Assembly (NCBI RefSeq): GCF_006345805.1
Contig: NC_043004.1
Location: forward strand, 19,964,001 to 20,028,000
DNA from: Octopus sinensis
Taxonomy: Eukaryota
Reading direction: 5' to 3'
DNA: 64,000 bases
Made by a program: the position numbers and the translations under genes. This document shows positions 11,183 through 23,960 of this stretch, one piece after another (within the stretch, counting starts at the first letter, position 1; each line of letters opens with the position of its first letter). The notes under the pieces were generated by a model. That model had not been told where the DNA came from. It did not search any database and saw only the letters and a list, made by a program, of their open reading frames with translations.

Positions 11183-14100
11183 ACAGAAAGAAAGAGAGGG
11201 TGATAAATAAGTACATACATATATCTTATCTTTTCAGATCTACTATCGTCATCTAACATCATTTTTCCTCCTTACACTTATTCACCGCTTAACTTGAATT
11301 ATTTCATCTAACATTGTAGACAGCAATACCTTAGCACTTTACTTGCATCGTTATTTCATTGAAGATGTCACTTTTCCTTCCATGATACACTTATTATAAG
11401 CTTAATGTAATTCAACTCTCCCAAAGCTAATTCATTCAATCTCCTTTAATGTTTCCACTCATTCTTTGATTCGATAATTTAGACCAAGCATCTTATCTGT
11501 AGATCCCAGTAAAGCTGATCATAGATATGGCTGTCACGATACAGCTTTGTTTCTATTATTCCCTATGTCAACTATTTTTCATATCAATGGCTAATTCCTG
11601 CTTCCTACGAAAGTTCACTTCATACTTTAATACTCCCTATTAATATTGGAGTGTATCAATACATTTTCTGCAAGTAATGATCATAATTACTTGATACTAT
11701 GTAAGGAAAGTGTGTAACTCTTTCCACATACGCACATTATTATCTATGGGGTAAAAATGTCAAATTGATATGCAAAAATAATTATAAACATTTATTTGCT
11801 AGTTCTCCTCAAACTCAAGTTGTGTTAATCGATGCGTGTTGATGGACATTCAAACATTTGGATATCGATATCTCGGAAAAGATGAATGTAACGAGGGTAT
11901 TGCAGGCAGTTGCGGTGTACGACCGAAATAACCAAAGACATAATTGTGAACATTGATTATAAACTAGGTGTATTTTAATGTATCACTTCATCAGAGAAAA
12001 AAAGGACAGGGAACATAATTATTTCAAGAGCTGAGATAGTTAGAAAGAACAGAGGAAGTAATCCACAAATGGGAGGCATGGAACCAGACGCACCCAACAG
12101 AGTAGATTCCACTAAATATACTTAACAGCCATGTGGTTGTGGTTAATCGAGTGATAGACCCACAAAGTTATGCATGTAACCCAAAATCCGATAAGTCTCG
12201 CATTGTGAAGCTTTACAGCTAATTGATAAAAATTACATTCACACAAATGTACGTAAGGTGATTTGAAACCATTAAGGAAAGTGTACAAACTTTAGGCTAG
12301 CTTAAATATTCTTGAGAGTTATTTGAACCTGTAAACGTTGTTCACTACATCTTGCTATGAGAAAGGAATTCTCGCTTGAGATAAAAAAAAAGGTGTAAAA
12401 ACAAAATAGTCTGCTCCAAGCGATTTCTATTGGACTGATGAATGCATTTCGAACTAGTTTGTTTTCTCAGCCCAACATATTAATAAAAAAAAGTTTTGCG
12501 CTGATTACGATGCAAATATTTCTTTATCTTAAGTGATCGTTATTTACTGATTGCGCATAAAGAATGTCATACCAGAAGAAATATGTGATTAAATATGCGA
12601 AGTGGTGAAGGGATGCTTACAAACTTAAGAGCAGTTGAAATATGTTTGATAGATATTTGAACATGTAGTGGCTTGTCACTGCATTTTTTCATGGAGAACA
12701 AATTTCTCGCTTATAATAAAAAATCTTAAAACACTTTAGACTTCTCAGAATACCTGGATCCTAGACATTATAGTATGCCTAAAATAGTAACAATAATATG
12801 CACTTATTCCGAAAACGTCATTCGTAAAAGACAACTGATTTTTTTATTCATAGAGTCAAATGTTGGTATATTAAAACTAAGCTTTCTGTATTAGAACGAG
12901 AATATTCGATGACAATCCTTTCCACTTTTCCCGCATGGTGTTGATACATTTAAACGATACGTTAAGCCATTTTAAACTCGGATTCAAATTTTATAGAGAA
13001 CGCAATCGTTTATCCTTTGTACATAGGGAAAATTATGTTGTATGCCACAAATCATAAACAAGGAGAAACATGCTTCTGACATTACATAGGCTTACAATTG
13101 AAATGAAAGTGGGATTCAGATTAGAGAAAATGCGCCACTTCAACTTTCTATGTGAAAAAGTTAGTGAGAATGCTAATATTATAGCCCATAGAGAAAAAGA
13201 AGTGGCCAAAATATTTAATATAAAAAAAAATGAGAAATCTGTGAACTTGACCATGTGCATGACGTGCATATGAGAGCAACATCTAGTAAAAAATATTATA
13301 AATGATTTAGTACTATATAAAAAAAGTAAAATACAAATAACAATGTATTACATTGTTCTTTGTATTGCTGGTGCATTAGTACTACAGGCGTTCCTGTAAT
13401 AATTTATATTTATAATAGTCCGATTTAGACGCTAAATAAATCTGATATACAGAAAAAATAAGAAACACTACGATTACACTTGCTAAATCAAATAAAGATG
13501 GTTCCCCATGGTAAAGGAGATGCCTTATGCAAACAAATGATTACGGAAACTTTACATTTTAGGAATACAAAATCCCCATTAATGAATAATATAATCTTAA
13601 TCAAATGACAGACGAAGCACTAGTACTATATTTCGGTATTCCAGGAAGCTAACAAATAAAAGCAAAACAAAACAGTCAGTTGCGAGGAGAAAGAAGAAAC
13701 AAAAGAATATATTATGAAGCGGCAAAAAAATGAATACTAAAACGATAGCAGGGGAACCTTTATAGGACAATACATGAACAAATTTCAAACACAAATAGAC
13801 TAAAAAATCTCGTAGTGCTGCAAGAGAAGGACAAGAGTTCACAGTGTTTTCTATTGTAGTACAGCTACGAATACCTCCCCAAAGAAATCACCAAATTCAT
13901 GCAATGAAATAGAATACATTAAGTAATTGCACAAGTGTGAAGATGGGAAAGAAATAATTAAGCATACTGTTTCATTTGTTAATTCGTAGCCACCCATCCC
14001 TCTTCTAAATACATTTATAAACCTGACGAAGTTGTAAAGTTTCATGCATTGGAAATTATATCAACCTTATGAAATGTCGAGAGAATAGGAGTTATATAAA

Positions 14101-14212
14101 CATTCACCTGAAATGTTTTCAGTGAATGACAAAGTGACCATAGTTTCGGATGACACCCATCAATGAGATAGAGTCATCAACGGTAAACATGATATATGTC
14201 TTAAAGGATTTC

Positions 14213-14432
<220 letters not shown>

Positions 14433-14529
14433 TAACGAAAGAACTTGAAATTTAAAGTGTCAAAATAAATTTTGGAACACCTGTTGTCATAGATGCCCTA
14501 GGAATTATTGCAAATGGGGCTGATTGATA

Positions 14530-15431
14530 CGAGGTGGTATCAAAAGGTTCCCGGACTAGTTATGTTTAATAAAAAATAACTTGTGTACCTAAGTTTTACA
14601 TCATCTCCTTCGAAATAGTCATCTTGCGCTGCAATACACGAGTTTGACTTCAATTGACTTTGTGATACTGGGGACCGAATTCTCAACGCACAATGCCACG
14701 GATGTCGAAAAAGACCATGTGAATGCGCTTGATTGAGCTGCGACCTTGTCGTGCCTTCTTCGGTCGAGAAGATGAAGGCCTCTTCCGCTGTGGTGAATCT
14801 CGTCACCAGTGATGATGCTCGATATGAAGTATGGGCCATCATCGGCACGCTGACAGAGATCTTCAAGGCGATGTTCTTTCTGCTCAGTGGTCCGCAGGCA
14901 CACCGTATGTTCAATTCAGAAGTTAGGCTTGCCTGCGAGGACACATTCGATAGACTAACGGCAACAGCAATGTCGTTGATTTTCCCCCGATGATCCTCAT
15001 CCACAAGCTGATAAATTTCCAGGGCTGACGCTTGTGGCAGGTCTTCCAGATCGCTCATCATCTTCCAGGGACTTTCATCCAATTCTGAAGCGCCAGTGAC
15101 ACTCGAAACATTGCGTACGACCCATTTCCTCGTCGCTGCAGGCTTGTCGAACCATGATCAATGTCCCTGTAGTAGACTTCCCAAGTTTAACGCAAGATTG
15201 TACATTGGCTCTTCCTTCCAACTTTCTGTCAATGACAAAAATCACAGACTGCAGCATACACATAAACCCCCCAAACAAATTTCTCAACTTGCGAACTATC
15301 CACAGTAATGTCATTCAGATATCACACTGCCCCTTGAAGGTCACTAATAGCTTTCATTGCGCACGCAACTTCACTGTGCCATCTGTTGGCGCGCTATAGA
15401 ACTAGTCTGGGAACTTTTTGATACCACTTCG
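14530..15431 (-). mobile_element. mariner (Tc1/mariner superfamily) internally deleted element, 902 bp
   Basis: 30-bp TIRs, CGAGGTGGTATCAAAAGGTTCCCGGACTAG (14530-14559) and 15402-15431, with 3 mismatches; TA on the left and CA (decayed TA) on the right. Transposase remnants DRKLEGRANV..CVKLGKS, LEDDERSGRP, IITGDE, KARQGRS and C-terminal CIAAQDDYFEGD; most of the catalytic core is deleted. Confidence 0.93.
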
Positions 15432-15725
15432 CATCTCAGACACCAGGAAATCCGAAAATGAATGCAATTAAAAGATAGTGCTCACGGAAACTGCTTGTCT
15501 CCGGCGAAAACTATTATCTCTGTGATTCCAAAAACATTTAAATCTGTGCTCATTATCAAAAGTACTTTTTAAATACCCATAACAGCAAATAACTTTTACT
15601 GTCATCTTAAGACCATACTATCATCTTACCATCAAATTACTTTGAAAACAAACTTTTAAGTACCTTATGTATTGACAGACACTCTCTAGAACAAAAATGT
15701 GTGCAAAAACAAAATTATGGTACCA

Positions 15726-16413
15726 TCAGAAATCACCAAAAACACGCAATGCAAAGAAATGCAAGTAAATGCAGAATATTTGGTGATGGAGAAGAAACAA
15801 TAAATCATATTGTTTTTGGCTGATCAGTCCTGGATAAGAGGGAACACATTCACAGACACGACAGAGTTGAGACCTAAATACACTGGAAGATATGCCAATG
15901 CTATGGAATAACAGCAGAAAAAATGTTATAGGCACACCCCAGAAAATGTCACAAAAAATGAGAAAGCAACCATAGACTGAGATATGCCAATGCACACAGA
16001 TAGAGAAATTGAAGCCAATTGGCCGGATATCAGAAATAACGAGAAAAATGGTTTCTAATCGATGTATCAATACCAACAAATGATGACGTTTCTCTAAAAG
16101 AAACGTAGATACTTTCAAAATACAAAGATCTGGAAATATAGATAAGTTGAATGTGGAGTCTAAAAGCAGAAACAATTCCTATTATGGTAGGCGCATTAGG
16201 TATGACTAAAAACCATTCAGACAACTACATAGTAAAAATACCAGGACTTGTAAGTATATATAACATAAAGAAAATAGCAGTACTGTGCAGCGCACACATA
16301 AAGACTTTCAATAAAATGAAAGTAAGAGCACCACAACAAACCACAGCACGTATCCAAGGTACACAGAGCTGGTCTCGGTGCTGCAGTGAAAGCACATGAT
16401 AAAAGTAATACTG
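15726..16413 (+). mobile_element. R4/Dong-type copy B, 5'-truncated, degenerate
   Basis: SKCRIFGDGEETINHIV, HRHDRV..IHWKIC, EANWPDI, LIDVSIP, SKYKDLEI, MWSLKAETIPIMVGALG; the 3' UTR is followed by (TAA)n at 16414-16516. Confidence 0.88.
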
Positions 16414-16441
16414 AATAATAATAATAATAAAAATAATAATA

Positions 16442-16504
<63 letters not shown>

Positions 16505-16516
16505 TAATAATAATAA

Positions 16517-17769
16517 AGAGGGAGGCCGTGGACTTTTACAACTGGCAATAACAATGAAGATTGCTACAATTGGCCTAGACACCTACGTGGAAAACTCTGA
16601 GGACTGGATGTTAAAACTTGTCTCAAAACATGAAAACAAGAAATCATCATACTCAGTAACAAAACAGGCAAAGGAATATCTAAGTGAATTCCGAATACAA
16701 CAAATTTCGGAATTAGAGATAGACATACAAGAAACAGGCACAGAAAAAGCTAAGCGCATGAAAACCCGTGATAAATCTGCGGCCTTAGATATTCTGAATG
16801 ATAAATGGCAAGAAAAACCTCTCTATGGCAAATACCCAAAGAGAGCAAATAATGCAGATGTTGACAAAACCCTGACCCATCAATGGCTAATGGCCTCTGG
16901 CTTAAAATCTGAAACAGAGGGGTTTGTCATAGCAGCTCAAGATCAATGCCTACCAACAAGAAACTACCAGGCCAACATATTAAAGATCAGAAGCAGTCCA
17001 ACGTGTCGTGTATGCCAGCAACAAAATGAAACCATTGACCATGTGGTCTCCAAGTGCAGTATTCTAGCGCCTACAGAGTATCTCAACAGACACGATAGAG
17101 ATGCACAATATATTCACTGGGTAATCTGCAAAAACCTGGATTTGCCCCATGAAAAAAACTGGTGGGAACACAAACCATCCCCAGTGCTTGAAAATGACCA
17201 CATCTCACTCCTCTGGAACTTCACCATTCAAACTGACAGAAAGATAGATGCAAATAGGCCAGACATCATATTGAAAGACTTCAAACAAAGAACATGCCTC
17301 CTCATTGATATGACTGTCCCAATCGATATAAACGTATCTGTCAAGACCTACCAAAAACTGAGCAAATATAAAGATCTTGAAATAGGAATCAGCAAAATGT
17401 GGAAGCTGAAGACTAAAACAATACCTGTTGTCATAGGTGCCCTGGGAATGATAGTAAAAGGGGCTGATAGCTACCTAACTCAGATACCAGGAAACCCCAA
17501 AATGGCAGAAATTCAAAAGATAGTGCTCATGGGAACTGCTCATATCCTACGCAAAATACTTTCTATGTAATCTCAAGGTTTAAAACAAACATAATTTTCG
17601 GTTTAAAAAAAAAAAAAAAATTTTTTAGACATTTAGTAGTACAACCCCCCCCCCAATATATGGCACACTAGGCATAACAACAACATGAACTTCCAACCTG
17701 TTGTCTCTTGAGGTCTCTGGGTGAGACTTGGAGCCAACTTGTACAAATATAAAGCAAAAGTCAAACATA

Positions 17770-17770
<1 letters not shown>
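16517..17770 (+). mobile_element. R4/Dong-type copy C, 5'-truncated, young, flanked by (TAA)n on both sides
   Basis: Begins in the (RK)EGGRGL motif at the end of the RT/thumb region. The ORF runs to 17570, then a 200-nt 3' UTR, then (TAA)n at 17771-17856. Confidence 0.93.
16554..17570 (+). CDS. C-terminal part of R4/Dong ORF: CCHC zinc knuckle plus PD-(D/E)xK-type restriction-like endonuclease (no RT core)
   Basis: CRVCQQQNETIDHVVSKC (CX2CX8HX4C), RHD, RPDII..LIDMTVP, KLSKYKDL, PVVIGALG; uninterrupted 338 aa, with the frame open from 16515. Confidence 0.9.
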   Translation: MKIATIGLDTYVENSEDWMLKLVSKHENKKSSYSVTKQAKEYLSEFRIQQISELEIDIQETGTEKAKRMKTRDKSAALDILNDKWQEKPLYGKYPKRANNADVDKTLTHQWLMASGLKSETEGFVIAAQDQCLPTRNYQANILKIRSSPTCRVCQQQNETIDHVVSKCSILAPTEYLNRHDRDAQYIHWVICKNLDLPHEKNWWEHKPSPVLENDHISLLWNFTIQTDRKIDANRPDIILKDFKQRTCLLIDMTVPIDINVSVKTYQKLSKYKDLEIGISKMWKLKTKTIPVVIGALGMIVKGADSYLTQIPGNPKMAEIQKIVLMGTAHILRKILSM

Positions 17771-17856
<86 letters not shown>

Positions 17857-17858
<2 letters not shown>

Positions 17859-18398
17859 GTTCTGATGCAGTACCAAGCGCTTGCTGTCATGGCTTCTGAT
17901 CTTAACTCATTGGAAGTGTTAAGATGTATATGTTTCGTTATGGTAAAAAATAAGATGGGCTACAGCAAATATTCTGCTCAATAACAGACTTGCTTATCAG
18001 TTTTTAGACCATAACCAGTTGATCATGTCACTCACTCACTGACAATATGATCATCTCAGATCATGAGCAGAAGTAGTGAGAGAGCACCTAGGAATTCTTT
18101 GGAGCTTGAATAATTCATCTCTAGAAACATGAGTGTTTCACTCAACATTCTTGAACAGCCCTTATTCCAGGAATCTTTTGAGCAGGTAGGGCTACTCAAC
18201 CAGAAGAAAATTTTAACTGGGCCCCACCTGCAATTCATGAGCTGTTTATTTTGATGCGAATTGACCATGTCGCCCACATATGGCTATGATGCATGTGCCT
18301 GGTGTATCCTATGTCAGATGCGTAGTCATTATGTGTGTGCTGGGCTTCGTATATTTTACCCCAGTGTCACTTTTATGACATCCACTACTCTCTCACTC
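17857..18398 (+). mobile_element. Element X copy 1: unclassified ~550-bp non-coding repeat embedded in (TAA)n
   Basis: Co-linear with 51253-51808 (about 80% by eye) with the same termini (ATGYYCTGAT... / ...CTCTCTCACTC). Preceded by a TAA array and followed by aatattaatattaat. Confidence 0.85.
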
Positions 18399-18427
18399 AA
18401 TATTAATATTAATGGTTTCAAATTTTG

Positions 18428-18607
18428 TAACAAGGGCATCATTTTGGGGGAGGGTATTAATCTATTAACTGGTACTTATTTTATTGACCTCGAAAGGATG
18501 AAAGCCAAACCCAACTTCAGTGGAATTTGAACTCAGAACATACCAACGGGCGAAATACCGCTAAGAAATCCGTCCAGCGCGCTAAAGATTCTACCAGTTC
18601 GTCGCCT
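18428..18607 (-). mobile_element. SINE S2
   Basis: Minus strand reads GGCGACGAACTGGTAGAATCTTTAGC...GAGTTCAAATTCC (B box)...tttcatcctttcgaggtcaataaaataagtaccagtt. Confidence 0.85.
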
Positions 18608-20384
18608 AATAACAATGACAACGTTTGATAATTCTACAATATAGAAATGAAACAACCAACGTGTGACCATCCATGAAAAGAAATATTTTACTAGAAATAG
18701 GAACCGCATCTGCTTGAAATTACAACCGTATTCTGAACGCGGAATATACTAGATCATTAAATTTCAAGAATACTATTTTTGTGTAAAAGCCCAAACGGTA
18801 ACGACCATTGTTCACAGAGAACATGATCAACACCTGTTATCTCAATCAGGAATAACAAGGGGCTCATAAAAAATAAAGAAAATAATAACGAAATGATACA
18901 AAAATGTAAAATAAATTAATGAGGGTAAAATTTGTAAATAAAAAATGATCCTTAGATTAATTCTTGAAGTTTTGTTAATAAGTACCGGATATCGTGGATC
19001 TCGTTTGCTACTGCAATGCGATATAAGAAATATAAGATATCTAGTGTATATCAAAACCTGGTAGCATTTTGGATTATTACTCATTTTCTTCATCGTCATG
19101 GAATTAATCTTCTTACAAAGTGCATGAACTTCTTTAAACTCTCATTAATTTAAGATGCAATGGTATGTTCTCTAGGACTATAGCATTTAAAAATAATGAC
19201 TTGTAAGAACCAAAATCTACAACAGGGGCGTTAGTTAACCTACACATACCTGGTGTCCGTATCTCTTTATTCGTGATTAACTTATCGACTAGGTACTAAT
19301 ACTCTGCATCTGCATTGAGAGTTTATTAAATGCTGTTTGGTGCTGTTTGCTAAACATATTGTAAGACATGAAGGCGCAATATTCTCTTGAAGAAATAATT
19401 CAAATTAATATAACAGAAACCAATATATTCTTCGAATCACAGGAGGAATAAAAACTTACCCCTCTATTCAGACAGTGAATATTCTAAAGATCTGATGATG
19501 GGGTTTATTTGAATGATCTGGTGCTGAATGAACGGTGTAGTTGGCTGAATATTCAGCAGGCCTGTGTAATCTAACTAGAATTCTCAGGTAAAATCAGGGT
19601 GATCCAGTATATGACAAGGCTGTACCTATATCAATGCATGTAAATTTCACTTGATGGGATCCATATATTTTCCATCTACCTAATTTTATACCTAAGCTGT
19701 GTGTGGAACCGACACTGCAGAAAATGGCATTTACTCGAGATGCAACGAAATGGAAACGAATCCTGGATCTCATGTCAAAGCTAACTCCTTAATAATACAG
19801 AGCATACCAATTATTGATAACTCAACACATTAGCTAAGTGCGTAATGTGCAACTGCTGACCTATATTATTAGACGTCGTTATATGCATTTTCCTCATGTC
19901 ACAGGATTAACTTAGATTTTAATAATAAAAGACGAAAATGCAATATCCGACTGAATCGTAATGAAAGATCAGATTTTCATATTCACCCATTAAATGATTT
20001 CGCGACGAAAATGCTATTCACTACTGATTAATGGTTAGAAAGCAATGTAAGATTGCACGTTGTGGAGATATTAAAACCTTTGGCCATGTGAAAGCTATCG
20101 GGAACTTTCTCACACCGATTCTTTCACAGAGATCAGTCAATATGCCTTTTATAGAGATTAATTCTCCCTGTCGTTCATATAATAGTCGTTTTTTTATGGT
20201 AGCAAACAGTAGTATTCGACGGGATCTCAGTTATCTACGCAACAATGTTTGAAGGCAGTAACAGGTCTGTTCATTCTAGAAAAAAAAACAACCAAATTTA
20301 TTCTATACTTCAATCAAAACGTATACTAGATCTTAATGAAAGTATTGCGATTCCAATGGCGGCGATGGTTAATGGTCGTGATAG

Positions 20385-20404
20385 ATAGATAGATATATAC
20401 ATAC

Positions 20405-20473
<69 letters not shown>

Positions 20474-20990
20474 TATATGAACATATGCATATATATATGT
20501 ACAAAATATACGTGCATTCATACATATAATATATATATATGCATATACACACATACACACACAGGACACACACATATATATATATATATATATGCACAAA
20601 AATATGTACATACATATATATTTATCCATACGCATTTTGAGGAACGTTTCACGTTTCTCGATATATATGTATTCATATGCATATGAGGAACAAATGTATA
20701 TTTATGAATACATACGCATATTGATTAGTTTATATCTGATCAATATGAATACATGATGAATTTTAATGTGATCATACGGTATTAAATGTAAAAATGAGTA
20801 GTCCAACCTAACGTCTTTCTCAACTGGGTGCATATTGTTGTATGCTAAATTTTGGTCGTTTATTTTGGTAAAATATATCATATTTTATAAAGGCATATTT
20901 GTCGACATACACATATGCACACATGCTCACACGCACACACATATATAAGTATAGCTGCCAAATGGATATGTATATATATATGTATATATG

Positions 20991-21033
<43 letters not shown>

Positions 21034-21118
21034 GTATAATATATATATAATATATATATATAATATATATATATATATAAATATATGCATATATGTGTGT
21101 ATAAATAAATGTATGTAA

Positions 21119-21155
<37 letters not shown>

Positions 21156-21245
21156 TAGGTATATATGGATATGTGTATATGCATATATATGTACATACAT
21201 ACATATACCTACACATATACATACGTACATATATGCATATATAAT
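20385..21245. repeat. Two (TA)n/(CATA)n-rich microsatellite blocks (about 20385-20620 and 20900-21245)
   Basis: Directly visible. Confidence 0.9.
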
Positions 21246-22611
21246 AAGAATAAAAATGGGCAAAATGGAAAAATCGTGATCACACCATATGTTACCGACG
21301 ATCGTTACTAATGTACAAGCATATTAGATACAGAAAGAGTTATGAAATACCATTCCAATGAATATATCCGAAAATATATGCTAACATAATGTCATAGAAT
21401 CAATCTAAAATGGATTAAATTCAAATGGAGCTAAGAACGTACCTCTAATAGACAAACACATATTAAATAAAAGTTAAGAAGAAATATTATCGTCAAAGAG
21501 TAGCCAGTTCAATATTTAACTTTTGATGACATCAGTAAATAACGAAAAAATGAAAAATAAACAGAGGAATTCTACGTCAAGACAATTAGAAATAGACATT
21601 CTACGATGCAGCAATTAGTTATCTATCTATTAATTAAGCTACAAAAAATTTCGCAATGTAATTATAATTGAAATATTTAAATGTTGTTCTATATCTGTGA
21701 ACACATTCTAATGTACAATCACTTTTACAATTCAATAATACTAATCTAGAACTAATTATATAATACATTTCTTCAAGGCGAAGATCACGTTTACAATTAC
21801 TATCATTGTACGATGGTGCATAACTAATAATTGGCCAATTTGAATCATAGATAATGTTCTTGTTTTACAAATCTCAAAATTCGTACAATTCTTGTACACT
21901 TAAAAAAATGCGAATGGTTATACAATCTAGATTTCCAAATTGTAGCTGACGAAACTATGCACGATACCCTGTTTTGACCTTACGTTGATACAATATATTC
22001 TTTTTTACAGGACAGATTATTTTGTTTTTGAAATTACAATGGCATTTTTACACTTGTAATTGGTGCTCATAGTTAAAGAAAATAGTACTAATCCTCCTCT
22101 CAGAAGAAGATGTTATGGCAGGATTTGTAGCAGTATTATAATGAATAGTATTACTAGCTGTTATTACATTCGGAATTACTTTTATTGACATTCTCAGAAT
22201 CTAATCAAGCGCAAATATCATTAGAGTTAATTCCACATTTCACACTATAGGTTCTACTCGTGTTAACTAATTTTGAGTTGAAACACTGCCTAATTTTCCG
22301 TGTTATGTACTGCTTAAATGTAAGGCAAATTTCTGGAGGTTGAATACGAAAATTATTCACTGTGGTGATTACATTTTTCCCATAATTATTTGAATGTAGG
22401 AAATATTTATCCTGTGTAGCAAAAATTTTCTGAGGAACATTACTATAAGCTATGTAAGATGCAAATGGTACATAATATCAGATGATATTCCTTGATTCAG
22501 TCTTTCTTCTATTATTTATATATATATATTTTCTCAATGTTAACGTTATCAAGATTAGATGCTTTCTCACCGTAGTTTTATATACTTCAATTTATACTTA
22601 TACACAACTAT

Positions 22612-22757
22612 AGAACTGTCAGAATCGTTAGCATTTCGGGCAAAATGCTGCTAAGCATTTCGCCTGTCCTTATGTTCTGAGTTCCAATTTCGCCGAGGCC
22701 GACTTTGCCTTTCATCTTTTCGGGTCGATAAATTAAATACCAGTCAAGCATTCAGGC
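22612..22757 (+). mobile_element. SINE S2 (head and body), ending before an (ATT)n array
   Basis: cagaatcgttagc...gttctgagttccaatttcgccgaggccgactttgcctttcatcttttcgggtcgataaattaaataccagt. Confidence 0.85.
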
Positions 22758-22871
22758 TTTGCGCAATTAGTAGAAACGATTATTATTGTTATCGTTGTTG
22801 TTGTTGCTGTTGTTTTTATTATTATTATTATTATAATTATTATAATTATTATTATTATTATAATTATTATA

Positions 22872-22948
<77 letters not shown>

Positions 22949-23960
22949 GCGTTTGCAAGGCTTCTAACGCTGGAGATGTATTACAGTGTCAGCTGTTCAC
23001 TACTAGTGAACTAAGGTAACACCTCTTATTTTTCGAGCACCTTCCGGAGTATTCGAGCGGTTCCAAGCAGCGCTATTTTCTGCAAGTGCTCCACCCTTAT
23101 TGCAGACCCTATTTGTTCCACGTACTTCTTGAAAATTTTGCTCACTATTCCCAGGGCTCCGACAATTATTGGTACTACTGCTACCTTTTTCATCGACCAC
23201 AACTGCATAACTTCCCAAGCTAACCTGTCATATTTCTCAACTTTTCTTTCTTCCTTATCTCATATCTAGTTTTCAGCTGGGCATGCTATATCTATGATCT
23301 AGCGTAGTGCATTTTCTTTCTCAATTAAGAGACTATATCTGGCTTCCTAATCTCTATCTCGTGGTCGCACTGTTAAGGATTGTGGTCGTATCAGTATTTT
23401 GCTCTGTCAAGTTCATACTTGTTGCAAAGTATCTAAAGGACAAGCCTGGCTATATTGTCGTGACATCTCTTATACTCCTTCTGGGCAAGTGGTGTACATT
23501 ATCCGGTTTTATGCCATAGGGTTCCACCATTTTGTCCACAGATTCTGCACTTAGCACTTTCTGATGTGTTGTCTATTTGGTATTTTATGTAGTTTGTTCT
23601 TAGTGCTTGTTCTTGGAGAGCACAGATTATAGCCTCTGTTTCCGGTTTTAAATCATTTTTAGTCATCCACAGCCATGTTTTTCTCTGTCTGTCATATTTT
23701 CAACATCCCAGTGAAACTGACCATGCATTCTTGTCTTTACCTATTTTCAGTTTCATTCGTTTTCAATTTCTTGTATAGTGCTTTATCTTTGCAATCTTTC
23801 ATCTTACACAAGCCTGACCTTCTTACTTCTAATAATAGCGGTTCTGTGGCATTCTTTACATACCCAGGTATGTTGTTTTCTTCTGCTCTAATGCTATGTT
23901 TGCATCAAATAGATCCTCTTTCCACTCTTTTTCTTAGTACAGTTTGTCTGTGTCACTTTT
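22949..23960 (-). mobile_element. R4/Dong-type copy D, 5'-truncated; its 3' end abuts the (ATT)n array 22784-22948, which is (TAA)n in element sense
   Basis: Minus-strand translation KSDTDKLY, MHGQFH, WLWMTKNDLKPETEAIICALQEQALRTNYIK, KCRICG, KPDI, VAVVPIIVGALGIVSK..LQKIALLGTARILRKVLEK*. Confidence 0.9.

Noticed and set aside
10572-11210. 212-aa ORF as a novel HTH fusion protein
   Set aside because: Truncated Tc1 HTH reading through into (TA)n/(TG)n repeats.
11230-11640. Possible very old LINE RT remnant on the minus strand (similar weak signal at 48450-49150)
   Set aside because: Only scattered motif-like residues (NKAV, YNKCIMEGKV); I cannot support boundaries or clade.
22085-22203. Transmembrane-like segment SEEDVMAGFVAVL**IVLLAVITFGITFIDILRI
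   Set aside because: Two in-frame stops and no supporting exon structure; hydrophobic runs are common in T-rich DNA.
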